This document shows positions 1-14,199 of a stretch of DNA of 64,000 nucleotides, one piece after another. The translations under genes and the position numbers were made by a program. The notes below the pieces were generated by a model, which was not told the DNA's origin, did not search any database, and saw only the letters and a program-made list of their open reading frames with translations. How positions within the stretch are numbered: position 1 is the first letter of the stretch; the number at the start of each line of letters is the position of its first letter. The stretch comes from Eledone cirrhosa (taxonomy: Eukaryota): NCBI GenBank assembly GCA_964016885.1, contig OZ024741.1:134788001-134852000 (forward strand). The letters run 5' to 3'.

Positions 1-868
<868 letters not shown>

Positions 869-1179
869 ATTTCCACAATTAATTAATTAAAATGTAACAA
901 GGTTTTGAAATAAATTTTATCCCATTTGTAAAATAAGTTGGATTACTTTGAATAAATAATGAATGAATATTACATAATTTATCTACTCAATTTCGTAAAT
1001 AAAAATAATTTCGTAAAAATAAATAATTTAAAATTGACTTTTCAAAGTTTCACTTCTGTTATATCATCGACACCACAGCCACTTCAACTACCATATATAT
1101 AGAAAGAGAGAGTGTGTGTGATGTCAACACTTCCGGTGGCGATCACATAAATAAACATACTAATTTTCTCCTAATGCAT

Positions 1180-3748
1180 CATCATCATCATCGTTTAACG
1201 TCCGTGTTCCATGCTTGCATGGGTTTGGACGGGAGTTTTCCCAATTGAGGCAAGAGTGATTGTCTTGCTCGCATAGGACTGTCTGGCGGGTTTTCTACAG
1301 TTGGATGCCCTTCCTAACACCAACCACATTTACAGTGTGGGGCTGGGAGGTTTTTACCGTATTGCCTACACGGCCACATTACAGCGTGGACTGTCTTGGC
1401 AGGTTTTCTACAGCTGGATGCCCTTCCTAACACCAACCACATTTACAGTGTGGGACTGGGACGTTTTTACCGTGTTGCCTACACGGTCACGTTATAGCGT
1501 GGACAGTGTTTTTTTTTCGTAACACCTACACGATCTCATTTGTTTCGGCCTGGATTTTGTGGCACCAACATAACTTTACATTGAAAGGGGCGGTGTGGAT
1601 GGGGTGGGGGTGGTGGGACGGGGGGTGTATTTTGTTAGAGATGCCTACTGACTGTAGTAGGTTTTACTTTGTATTTAGGTAACGCAGGACTTCTCTATTA
1701 CTGAGTACCGCCAAAGGTCTCGGTCCAGTGACATTGTCTTGGAGAGGTGTAAGTGTGTGAGGTCGGAATTTATCAGCTCGTCCCAGGTTTTTCTGGGTCT
1801 GCCTACTCCGTGGCTACCATCTATCTTTATTGCCCTGCACTTTGTTATACAGCTGTCGTCTATCATGCGCATCACGTGACCATACCAACGTAGCCTTCTC
1901 TCGAGTAAACATCTGATCCCTCTTATTTCTAATTTTTTCCTTAGTTCGTTTATGCTTTGCCGTTCGCGTATATTACTATTACACATCCAGCGGAGCATGC
2001 AAGCTTCGTTCCTCTCTAGTCTGCGTATATCCTCTGCACACAATGCCCAGGTCTCACTGCCATGCAACATTGCTGTTCGTATGCAGGCATCATACAACCT
2101 GCCTTTCACTTTTAGGGAGAACCCTTTAGCGGCTAATAGTGGTATAAGCTCTGAACTTTTTCCATCCAGTTCTGACTCTAGCTACTGTACTTTCGGAGCA
2201 CCCTCCCCCACTGCTGATTTTGTCACCCAGGTAACGGAAGCTGTCCACTATTTCTAGAGAACCCTCTGCACAGTTGAAAGAGCTAGTATTCTGTGGGCAC
2301 TTGCTGCTACTTATTGCACCAGAGCACCGGCCACATGTAAAATCTGTGTTCTTAGTTAGCTTACCTGTGATCCCACTACATCTTTTATGCACCCATACTT
2401 TGCATTTGGGACATAAAATGGAGTTTCTACCTACGCCTTTCCTACACACTGAGCATGGCCATTTCCCGGAAGGGACCGGCGCCTTATTTTATTTCCTACA
2501 AACTAGAACTTTAGTCTTAGCCAGGTTAATTTTAAGGCCTTTTGATTCTAGGCCGTGCTTCCATGTTTGGAATTTCTTCTCTCGCTCGGCCATTGATTCA
2601 GCTATGAGCGTTAGGTCATCTGCGTATAGGAGTTCCCATGGGCAGCCGGTCTTGAACTCCTCTGTTATAGTCTGAAGAGCAATAATGAATAGTAGGGGGC
2701 TAAGAACAGAGCCCTGATGGACACCAACTTTTACGCTAAACTCTTCACTATATTCGTTGTTAATTCTAACCTTGCTCACTGTTTCTTTATACATGGCTTG
2801 TATAGCTCTCACAAGCCATTCGTCAACACCTAGTTTTCTAAGAGCCCACCAGATAATGGAACGGGGGACTCTGTCGAAGGCTTTCTCCAAGTCGACAAAG
2901 GCTAAGTATAGGGGTTTACTTTTAGCTAGGTACTTCTCCTGTAGTTGTCGTACAATGAAAAGAGCGTCTGTGGTACTTTTGCCTCACACAAACCTGAACT
3001 GCATTTCATCTAGATCGATTCTCTCTCTGATTAGTTGCACTATTACTTTTTCCGTGACCTTCATGACCTGGTCGATTAATTTAATCCCTCTATAGTTACT
3101 CCTATCTAGGGCGTCTCCTTTACCCTTGTAACAGTTAATGATGCTGCTACGCCAGTCCTTCGGAACAACCCCATTCTGTATGACTTGGTTAACTATGCGG
3201 GTGACCATGGTGTGTCCCACCGTTCCAGAGGCCTTCAGCATCTCAGCGACTATTTCCGAAGGCCCAGCCGCCTTACCCGTCTTCATATCTTTGATTGCCT
3301 TACTTATTATACTACCTTCAACTAACACTGCTGGTCCCTCTATTGGATCGATCTGGGAGAGACTATCCTTCTCCCATTTATTCTCCTCATTTAGTAGCCT
3401 CTCGTAGTGACACTTCCAAGCGACCTTCTTATCAGCGTCAGTAATGGCGAGTACGCCATCATCATTTAGTACACACTTCTCCCCAACAATATCACGGTTT
3501 TCCTTGACACATTGCCTAGCAATCCTGAACACCTCACGTTTTTGGTCCTCGCGTTGTAGAACATGCTTGAACTTTCTTTCCTCTGCTTCCCTTCTTGCAA
3601 AGTACACTTGTCTCCTAGCTTCCCTCCTGGCCACTTGATAGTCTTCTCTACTTCTCCCATCCCGCCATATTTTCCAAGCCTGCTTTTTGGCCTTTATCGA
3701 CTCCTCCACCTTACTGTTCCACCACCATGTTACTCTCCTCGCAGTTTA
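1180..3748 (-). mobile_element. 5'-truncated, frameshifted RTE-clade non-LTR retrotransposon
   Basis: Minus-strand ORF fragments with RT motifs (YKGKGDALDRSNYRGIKL, DLEKAFDRVPR, GVHQGSVLSPLLF, LLYADD, FRYLG, LHGSETW, RRLRWYGHVMR, GRPRKTW). (GAT)n tail at ~1177-1192. Possible TSD taatgcat (1172) / taatgtat (3749). Confidence 0.9.
1276..1508. repeat. ~112-bp tandem duplication in the RTE 3' UTR
   Basis: ggactgtc...ggatgcccttcctaacaccaaccacatttacagtgtggg...gcctacacgg starts at 1276 and 1388, with a partial third unit at 1501. Confidence 0.85.
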
Positions 3749-3940
3749 TAATGTATGATGGATTACGTTACTGATTAAATAAGACAGTGTAACGCAGTCT
3801 TCGTTCAATTTCTGTGTATATTGTCAATTACGATTTTATTTGATGCATCATATCTACATGTATATATACCTGCGTATAATATCAATATACACACTGCACA
3901 TGCTAGCAGAAAACCACCCCAAACGTGGTTTTTCTGCTAG

Positions 3941-4910
3941 TACATGTAATGATCTGATGGTTACTTTTGTGTGGTGGTTGTAGATAGGGTTGCTATGGAG
4001 AATATGTGCTGGGGTCCCTTGCCTATTTTATTGATGTACTTTTCTACATTCCCTCATCTAGTCCTTAAGATAGGTGTGCGTGTAGGGGATGGGGTTCTTT
4101 CCTTAGACCATAGATCGGGTCTAATTGCTTTCACCAAAGTGAACTACTTTAACAGCAATCCAGATGTTGGTGTTAAGCTGTCCAACAGATATACTCACCT
4201 ACCCACTACAATGATCTGTTCTGAACAAGACCCACATATATAAATGTCCGTTTCCTCTCTCGCTCCCTTTTTCCATTTTTTTCTTTTCTTTTTTTTCTTC
4301 TTGCATTTTTTTTCAATGGCTTACTGAGAAAAAGGCAATATCCTTGGTGTGCGTGTAGGGGTGGTGCCTTCCTCAGACCATAGAATAGGCCTAAGTGCTT
4401 TCAACAAAGTGAACATTAACAGTAGTTAAGATGTTGGTGTTAAGCTGAAATAGCATAACTGTAAAGTGAAGCTCTTAACTAAACACCCATGTTCTCACCA
4501 ACTAGCTTTTCATGTTTTCTTTTTTCTATTTATTTATTTTTTTAAATGAATGAAATATAGTTTTGAAATATGGCACGTGGCTAACAAAGATGATTAAATA
4601 TTTCCTAATACTTGACTAACGTGTCCTCGTCATTAGGGTGCTGGAATTAAGATCATAATTTTGTGGGTTCGATTCTGGTGTTCTTGTGGAAAACATTTCA
4701 TTTTACTGGCCTTGTTAGGGTGATGGACCTAAGATCATAATGTAGATTCGATTCCTGAACTAGGTAGCGTGTTCTTGAGTAAAACACTTAATGTTACGTT
4801 ATTCCAGTATATTCTCAGCTGAAAATGAGTGCCAGCTGTAGCTGAGTGTTTAACCTTGCGATCGACTGGTGTCCTGTCCAGAGGAAAGTAATATATTGTC
4901 ACTTCACGTG
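3941..4910 (+). repeat. Tubulin 3'-flank module, co-duplicated with the tubulin copies
   Basis: Closely matches 27209-28230 and is related to 21180-21840, 40800-41925 and 54350-54800, and in reverse to 5620-6730, 8770-9470, 33580-34310, 42010-43100, 55600-56550 and 58710-59760. Confidence 0.85.
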
Positions 4911-5072
4911 TGGCAAGAATAAAAACTATTATTAATGAGTGGAATAAAAGTTAATAGGGTACTTTTTGTAAATTATATTATAAAGCAGTTTCCTCCCTTA
5001 GTATGACTTTTGATTGAAATAAACACGACAGAACAAGGGAAATAACTAAGTTGTTCCCTGATGTACTAAAAT

Positions 5073-5248
5073 TAATTGTTTCTACTATTGGCACAATAGT
5101 AGAAACAATTACTGGTACTTTATTTTATCGACCCCGTAAGGATTAAAGGCAAAGTTAACCTCGGCGGGATTTGAACTCAGAATGGCAAGGGCCGTAACTC
5201 TATGCGCCAAAGCATGGCGTCCGACCCTCTACCGATACTGCCAATTCA
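5073..5248 (-). mobile_element. tRNA-derived SINE
   Basis: Reverse strand has an A-box-like TGGCAGTATCGG and B-box GAGTTCAAATCC, then cgccgaggttaactttgcc...ggggtcgataaaataaagtaccag. Same family as 50661 and 54820. Confidence 0.8.
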
Positions 5249-5249
5249 G

Positions 5250-5615
5250 TGGTGGTGGTGGTTGTGGTGGTGTTTTGTGATGGTAGTGTTAGGTAGTTGT
5301 GGTGATGTTAGTGACAGTGTAGTAGTGGTTTTGTGGTAGAGCTAGTTGGGTTAAGCAGTATTAGTAATGGTGATATATAGTGTAGGAGAGTAGTGGTAGA
5401 GGTGATAATGGTAGAAACAGTATTGGTGGTGGTATTGTTGTTGGTGATAGTGGGCACAGTAAAGCTATTCAGTCGAAGCGGGGTGTAATATGGAAAATAT
5501 AAATCACCACAACCACATCTATTACCACAACCTCAACCACCACTACAACAATAACATTAACCATCACCTCAACCCCAACTATAACCACAATTACAGCAAC
5601 AACAACTACAACAAA
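5250..5615. repeat. GT-rich then CA-rich low-complexity spacer at the centre of a tail-to-tail inverted unit
   Basis: (GTG/GTA)-rich 5250-5455, a unique core aaagctattcagtcgaagcggggtg, then (CAC/CAA)-rich 5505-5615. Repeated at 55255-55590 and 58335-58700; CA part only at 41927-41990. Confidence 0.8.
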
Positions 5616-6738
5616 CATTTGAATTCAGAACGTAATGGGCCATGACTATATGCCAACCACACCAATTGATAATTGGTTTAAATATTAATTTACCAATATC
5701 ACTTTTATTCCAGTCGCTTCTAGAAAATTCAGCAAGTAAATACAAATTAAAATATTTCACTTCCCATTTTATGTTTCCTTGACGTTAAGTGACTGACAAT
5801 ATAAAACTTTCCTCTGGACAGGACACCAGTCGATCGCAAGGTTAAACTCTGAGATACAGCTGGCACTCATTTTCAGCTGAGAATATACTGGAACACAAAA
5901 ATCGAACCCACAACACTATGGTCTTAATTCCAACACCCTAACCACGAAGCCACGTTACTCAAGTACAGGGATTTACTCAACAATCTTAGCTAGCCATCTG
6001 CCATATTTAAAAACAATATTTCATTCATTTAAAGAAAGACATCTGTTGTTAATTGGTGGAAATAAGGGTGTGTAGTTAAGATCTTTATTTACAGCTATGT
6101 TATTTCTGGTTGATTCCATTGCATAACACCTTAGGTATTTTACACTATAGCTCCAGATCAGGTGATTTCTCCACAACATTTGGTAGACAGCAACTGTGCA
6201 GAAGCCTGCTGCTGGGGCCATTCTTTTTCTTGGGTAACTGAGTGTATATCTGATGGCCAGCCTCACACCAGCATCTGGATTTGGACTGCTGTTAAAGTTG
6301 TTCACTTTGTTGAAAGCACTTAGGCCCGTTCTATGGTCTAAGGAAAGAAACTCCCTACCCGAACACCTGTCTTAGGAACTTGAAAAGGGGCACGGACATT
6401 GCCTTATTCGGATGAAGCCCCTGAGGACAACTGCAATATGGTTCCAAGAGATGAGTTAAAAAAAAAGAGTGAAAGAGAAAGTGGACATTCGTATATGTGA
6501 GGCTTGATCAGAACAGATCATTGTAGTTGTGGCAGGAAAGATGAGGGAACGTACAAAAGTACATGACTAAAATAGGCCAGTGATACCCAGCACACGTTCT
6601 CCTTAGCATCCTTACATAGAACCACCACACCACCAAAGTAACCTTCAGACCATTTCATATATTAGAAAAAATAACAGATAAAAAAAGAACAAAACATTTA
6701 TTTCAAAACATTGTTACATTTTAATTCATTCAGGAAAT

Positions 6739-7915
<1,177 letters not shown>

Positions 7916-9475
7916 CTGGAAGAGAAAAAATAGATTAGTGTATGGGTAAAAAATTGGTTTGGCGGTTGAAATCGTAAGAAAAGCTTCAGATAAGAAACTA
8001 AAAATTACTGTAAAGAAAAAGTGCGAAACTGGATGTAGGTTCCTTCCCTTTCATGTGTTTACTAAAATATTAAAAATAGAATTAAAAAATCCAACGCGAA
8101 TTTGATATAGATCTATAAATCTACCCAAGCTTTGATCCGTGTAATCGAGGTGACAAAGTGGTATATGTTGAATCAAAGTAATTCTCCACACACAGATAAT
8201 GAGGATTTCTACAACACGTACAGTTGGGATGCATTAATGGGATAAACCTACGTTAGTTTTGACGACGAATGTTGAGGTTGTTTAATAAACAGAACAGCCT
8301 GATCATGAAACTAACGTATATGTAGCTGAACATTCCAGACGTGTACCCATAACGTAATTCTCAGGGAGATTCAGCATGTCAGTTTGTGACAGGGAAACCT
8401 CTTTAAATTATAGGCAAAGTCCATTACTAAGACAGTAACTTATAAAAATTATGTTGAAAGATTTTAATTTAAATAGAAATTCTTTAAAATGAGCGATTTT
8501 GTTTCATAGAACCAGAACCGGTTTTGGACAAGTTGGTATGAAAAGAAGCCATTATCAATTTCGGGTCTCTTCTTCGCTGTCAGGGGAAGGGCAAGCACCG
8601 AAACATGCTGTTTACAAATATATTAATTAACAGCAGGAATAAATAAAACGAAAGGAATGGAACTCGGTCCCTGAAGATCTCAGCTTTCCTGTAGTGTTGG
8701 TTACATAGGACTATAGGGATGAATAATTAGTTGCCCTTCGAATTATACGTAAGTCAATATTAGGATTTTCAAAATCATCTTTGCTAGCCATGTGTTTCAA
8801 AACAATATTTCAATCATTTAAAAGAAGATATTTGTGTGTGGTTAAGAGCTCACTTTACAGCTAGGTTATTTCAGCTTAACACCAACATCTGGAGAGAAGG
8901 GCTGTTAACGTTCACTTTGTTGAAAGCACTTAAGCCCGTTCTATGGTCTAAGGAAAGAGCCACCACTACACGCACACCTTTCTTTGTGATTTGAAAAGGG
9001 GCAGGCAATTGAGAACAAATGCAATATCGTTCCAAGAAATGAGTAAAAGAAGAAGAAAAAGGAAAGGGGGAGCAAGAGAGAAAGAGGACGTTCCTATATG
9101 TGGGCCTTGTTCAGAACAGATCATTGTAGTGGGAAGGTGAGTATATCTGTTGGACAGCTTAGCACTAACATCTGGACTGCTGTTAAAGTAGTTCACTTTG
9201 GTGAAAGCAATTAGACCAGATCTATGGTCTAAGGAAAGAACTCCACCCTCTACACACACACCTGTCTTAAGGACTAAATGAGGGAACGTAAAAAATTACA
9301 TAAATTAAATAGGAAAGGGACCCCAGCACACATTATTCTCTGTAGCAACCCTACCTACAACCACCACACCAAAGTAATCATCAGACCGTTACATGTATTG
9401 GGAAATAAAAAAAAGAACAACTAAATATAGATTAACTTCAAATTTTATTTCAAAACCTTGTTAGATTCAGGAAAT

Positions 9476-10111
9476 TTAATATTCATCTCCTTCCTCTTCA
9501 GCATCAAAAGTATCAATACCAACCTCTTCATAATCTTTCTCTAAAGCAGCTAAATCCTCACGAGCTTCAGCGAACTCGCCTTCCTCCATACCTTCTCCCA
9601 CATACCAGTGAACGAAAGCACGTTTGGCATACATCAAGTCAAATTTATGATCAAGACGGGCCCAAGCTCAACAATTGCTGTGGTGTTGCTCAACTTGCAC
9701 ACAGCACGTTGAAGCTTAGCTAAGTCCCCACCTGGAATAACAGTTGGGGGTTTGTAGTTGATACCAACTTTGAAACCAGTTGGACACCAGTCAACAAACT
9801 GAATTGTCCTCTTTGTCTTGATAGTCGAAATAGTTGCGTTGACATCTTTTGGTACGACATCACCACGATACAACATACAGCATGCCATGTATTTGCCATG
9901 ACGTGGGTCACATTTAACCATTTGGTTCACTGGTTCAAAACATGCGTTAGTGATTTGAGCAACAGTCAGTTGCTCATGGTAGGCTTTCGCAGCAGAAATA
10001 ATTGGAGAATATGTAGTCAATGGGAAGTGAATCCTAGGATAAGGTACCAAGTTGGTCTGGAACTCAGTCAGATCCACATTCAGAGCACCGTCAAACCTGA
10101 GAGAGGCAGTA
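9476..10111 (-). pseudogene. Alpha-tubulin pseudogene (copy 3), 3' half only
   Basis: TASLRFDG...[17 protein letters not shown] with a frameshift near 9668. The 5' side is fused directly to intron-1 sequence at 10111. Confidence 0.9.
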
Positions 10112-10394
10112 CCCATAACGTAATTCTCAGAGAGATTCAGCGTGGCAGCTTGTGACACGGCAAGTCTTTTGAATTACAGGCATAATCCATTACCAAGACA
10201 GTAACTTAACATGGTTCTTATAAAAATTATGTTGAAAGATTTTAATTTAAACCAGACTACCCGTGATCCAACGGGTCGCGTTCACTTCAAAATATGAAAA
10301 AAAAAATCATGTTCAAAAATAATTTTTAAATAATTAAAATATTTACAGACATGTATATAATGTGAAATGAAACGGGAAGGCCCATATATATACA

Positions 10395-10549
10395 TGTGTG
10401 TATGTATATATATATATAAATGTGTGTGTGTATGTGTATACATATATATATATATGTATGTTACTGTCTATATATATATGTGGGTGTCTGAAATCTATAT
10501 ACACTGGCCAAGACACACACACACACACATATATATATATACACACACA

Positions 10550-10605
<56 letters not shown>
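10395..10605. repeat. (TA)n/(TG)n/(CA)n microsatellite cluster
   Basis: Direct observation. Similar tracts at 11828-11952, 14146-14197, 15814-15876 and 63967-64000. Confidence 0.9.
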
Positions 10606-10607
<2 letters not shown>

Positions 10608-11824
10608 ACAACACCACCAGCTCCATATCTCTTCCATTCTTATTCTGTCTCCTCTCTCTATGTCTATCTTTAAATCTACTCTCTCACAACCACTATTTCT
10701 TTCTCTCTATCCTCCTCTCTCTCTGTTTATGAAGGTACCCAGAAAAAACCCCATAACTCGGAAACCCGTCCTCCAATTTTATTCCATTTGTATTCGCATT
10801 TCACGGTCAACTTCCTTTTCAAATTATTTTTCCATCAAGGGTCAGTCTTGTCACTTAGTGTCGCACTGAATCTCCCCGAGAACTATGTTAAGGGAACATG
10901 TGTCTGTCAAATGCTAAGCCACTTAGACTCAAGTCGAACCACTCTCAGTAGAGTTTGAAGTAGCTGGCTAGGAACTGTGGTATAAACATAGGTGGCTGAG
11001 CATTCCACAGGCATGTGTACATACATTCCACAAGTATGTGTACATACTTCTCTGGGAGATTCAGTATAACATACAGTGTGTGTCAAGGCTGGCCCTTTGA
11101 ATTACAGCAACAGTTCACCTGATGGGTTTCCAGGCAGGTTCTATCTACCGAATTTCATTCACAAAACATGGATCAACCAGAGGCTATGGTAAATGACACT
11201 TGTCTAAAATGTCAGGCAGTGGAGTTGAACTCTGAACTTAATGATTATAAGTGAACTTCTTAACCATTTGTCATTGTTGCTGCATCCACTGTTAGGAATT
11301 ATAAACCGTGTGAAAAGAGCTCTCAACCAGAGGTCTAGTGAGGTTGTGAACCATAACTCCTAAAATCACGAAATGACCGACCGATCGGTCGTGTAGACCA
11401 CAGGTTCTCAACCCATTTCAGCCATTTTCCCCCTCGGTATCACGAAACGCCCCCACCACCCTATTTTTCCACTTTTCAATATACTACTGATTTTGATAGC
11501 AGTAGATTACTGGGCCAAACCAAGTTTTGTTATTTTTGAAAAATAGACGTGAATGTTCTCAAAGACTTGATCTCAGTCGAAAAATATTTTGTTTTAAATT
11601 CTGTATTTCACTGTTAGCTGTTGTAATATTTTGAGTGGGTAGACAATTCTACAATTCAAACACTGTAAAGTGAAAATACAAAAGATGCAAAATAGGAAGA
11701 ATTTCTTACCTTTCTCTGGAATCACAAAAATAGTACCTTGCAAAATAAAGTGCCTCCATCATAAACTTAGTTGCAACGAATGAATTGAGATGCTTGGTGA
11801 CAGTGAGCAAACAGTATCTGTATC

Positions 11825-11897
<73 letters not shown>

Positions 11898-11922
11898 GAT
11901 ATACACACACACACACACAGAA

Positions 11923-11953
<31 letters not shown>

Positions 11954-11954
11954 C

Positions 11955-14085
11955 CTGCCTTGTTTTTGGTACAGAAAGAATTTTGTCTCCAGTTTTTATT
12001 GCCGTGTCAAAGGCCAGTGCTCTTTTCAACAACGTCAAATAACAACGCCGGGCGGTGGTTTGTATTGCGATGACGTTCTTTGGACTATGACGGAGTGCGG
12101 TCTCCACGCTTGCGACATGTTTAGAAAAGAACTCACAGCCTTCTTTAAAGGCTTCAACCTCTCCATACAAGTTGAGGCCAACCTTTCGGTCGTAAACTAC
12201 CTCGACGTTACCCTCAATTTGTCGAATGGCTTGCACTACCAATATAGAAATCCGAATGATACGCTTAATTACATCAGTAAGCATTCTAACCATCCTGCCA
12301 GCATAACCAAGAACCTGGTAAGAAACGTTTCTCTGAGGCTTTCTATCTCCAAACGAGCATATTTTCACCGACCATTCCACATATTTCAATGAAGCTCTTA
12401 CTCGGAGTGGATTTGTCGATAAGGTAGCATATACTAAGTACGAGCATAAACCTAGGAAAAATAGATCCCGACGCATTATATGGTATAACGCGCCATATAA
12501 TTGGAGGTGGCCACACCATTAGCTAAAATCTTTCTCTCCTTTATTAAGAAGCATTTCCCCTCAGTACATAAATATAATAACATTTTTAACAGAAATACCG
12601 TTAAAATATCTTACTCCACGACTCCTAACTTTGCACATAACATCACTGCTTCAAATTTAGCTAAATTACCTAGTCGTAGTAACACGTGCAACCCTGTAGC
12701 TAGTACTAACTGTAATTATAGGAATCGGGTTGACTGCCCTCTATCCGGGAAATGCCTCTCCAACAACATTGTCTACAAATGTAAGGTCGAAACACCCACA
12801 ACCCGTAGGGCCTACATAGGGTTAGTTGCCAATAAATTCAAGCAGGGTCTTTACATGCACACCCTTTTTTTCTTAACCCTTTAAGAAGGAATATGACGTC
12901 ACTTTCAGTTTATATCTGGAGTCTAAAAGACAAAAACACCCAATATAGGTTACACTGGGAGATCCTAGCTAAAGCTAGATCGTATAACGGAAATAAAAGA
13001 CCATGCGATCTTTGCGCCGCTGAAGCCCTGGAAATACTCTACGCCAATGATCACATCTTAAACAAAAAATCTGAGGCAATTTCGGCCTGTAAACACAAAT
13101 TGCATAACATTTTCCTGTATTACAGCCCCACATTATACCCTAACGAACAATACGCGATTAATTTACGTCTTGATGTGGTAGCTAAGTATATTTTATGTTT
13201 ATACCATTACTTTTTGTTAGGTAAGTATACCTTACCCGTATGTTTTATGGTGGTACGTATACTTTCTCGTACGTATATATGCCTGTATTTGTTATAGGTG
13301 TATATATTATATATACTGGTATGTGTGTATATGGTTATGTGTATATGTGTATTTCGTGTTTGTGCATGTATATTTGTATGCGTGTTTGCACGTATGTAAG
13401 GTGTGTATATGTTTTTGGTATATGTACGCTTAGTGAACATATGTGCATCTACCTGTATGTGTATGTGTGCGTTATATACGTATTTATGTGTGTATATTTA
13501 TATACGTTTATTTTTATATGTGTATTTGGTCTATACGTTCGTATGTTTCCGGGTACGGGTGTCGTGCGGGTTTACACACGTGCGTGTGCGCGTGTTTATG
13601 TGTACGTGCATGTATATGCATGTATGGCCTGTATTTTCGCGTATGCACGTGTATGTATGTATACAGATGTGTGTATGTATATATTTAATTATTATTACTT
13701 TTATGATTTTTAATAACCTCTGTCATTTTCGTTCAACTAATTCATTTAGATTATTCTTATCTCCGAAGCCGTGAATCATTCGGTTTCCTAAATAGTTTAT
13801 TAGTCTAATGACTCCATTTATACCATAAACTTGATTTTGTCTTTGCATATATTTGTTCTCATCGCACCACATAACGGCGTATTATCTTCACTTTTTTCCG
13901 CGTTCATTGCCAGGGAACGTCTTCACGAACCAAAGTATCGTCTTCCTGTTTTCCTTCGGTTGCAAGGTTTTTCGAAATATTTACTTCTGCGTTCACAGAT
14001 ATATTTTTTAGTTTCAGAAGATCCCGTTAAGGATGAAAGAAGCGATTCTTTGCTTAAACTTTAATCTGTTATTTTAATAAATATA
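11955..14085 (+). mobile_element. Degenerate Penelope-like element (RT plus GIY-YIG endonuclease), Naiad-like
   Basis: Frameshifted pieces GLYCDD, VNYLDVTLNL, YISKHSNHP, RRIIWYNAPY, IFNRNTVKISYS, linker CNYRNRVDCPLSGKC, NIVY...YIG, and CDLC...E...LNKKSE...CKH. Confidence 0.85.
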
Positions 14086-14091
14086 TATATA

Positions 14092-14143
14092 CTAGCTGCC
14101 CGTCCGGCTGGCGCCCTGCTACCATTGGCGTATTCTACGACAT

Positions 14144-14199
<56 letters not shown>

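Larger units (their letters stand above)
920..3940 (+). mobile_element. Possible non-autonomous Helitron-like insertion hosting the RTE LINE
   Basis: Sequence absent from the other tubulin 3' flanks. Begins A|TC and ends with hairpin AAACCAC-cccaaac-GTGGTTT then CTAG|T at 3937-3941. About 45 bp of normal flank is missing, so the left boundary is uncertain. Confidence 0.45.

Noticed and set aside
3971-4243. Recurring ~90-aa ORF (also 7200-7610, 27235-27516, 40838-41110, 54442-54720)
   Set aside because: Non-ATG starts, indels between copies and no recognisable domain. The recurrence is explained by duplication of the flank.
6021-6305. Recurring ORF NNFNSSPNPDAGV...YPRKRMAPAAG (also 21454, 42394, 55996, 59113)
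   Set aside because: Same flank module with variable starts and ends; no coding evidence.
12390-12392. TGA in the Naiad-like element as possible selenocysteine
   Set aside because: It lies out of the true protein frame after a frameshift (the real frame reads FNEAL), and no SECIS was recognised.
10343-13774. YI/CV-rich ORFs (10367-10732, 11706-12476, 13240-13774)
   Set aside because: Translations of dinucleotide microsatellites, or antisense to the Penelope ORF.
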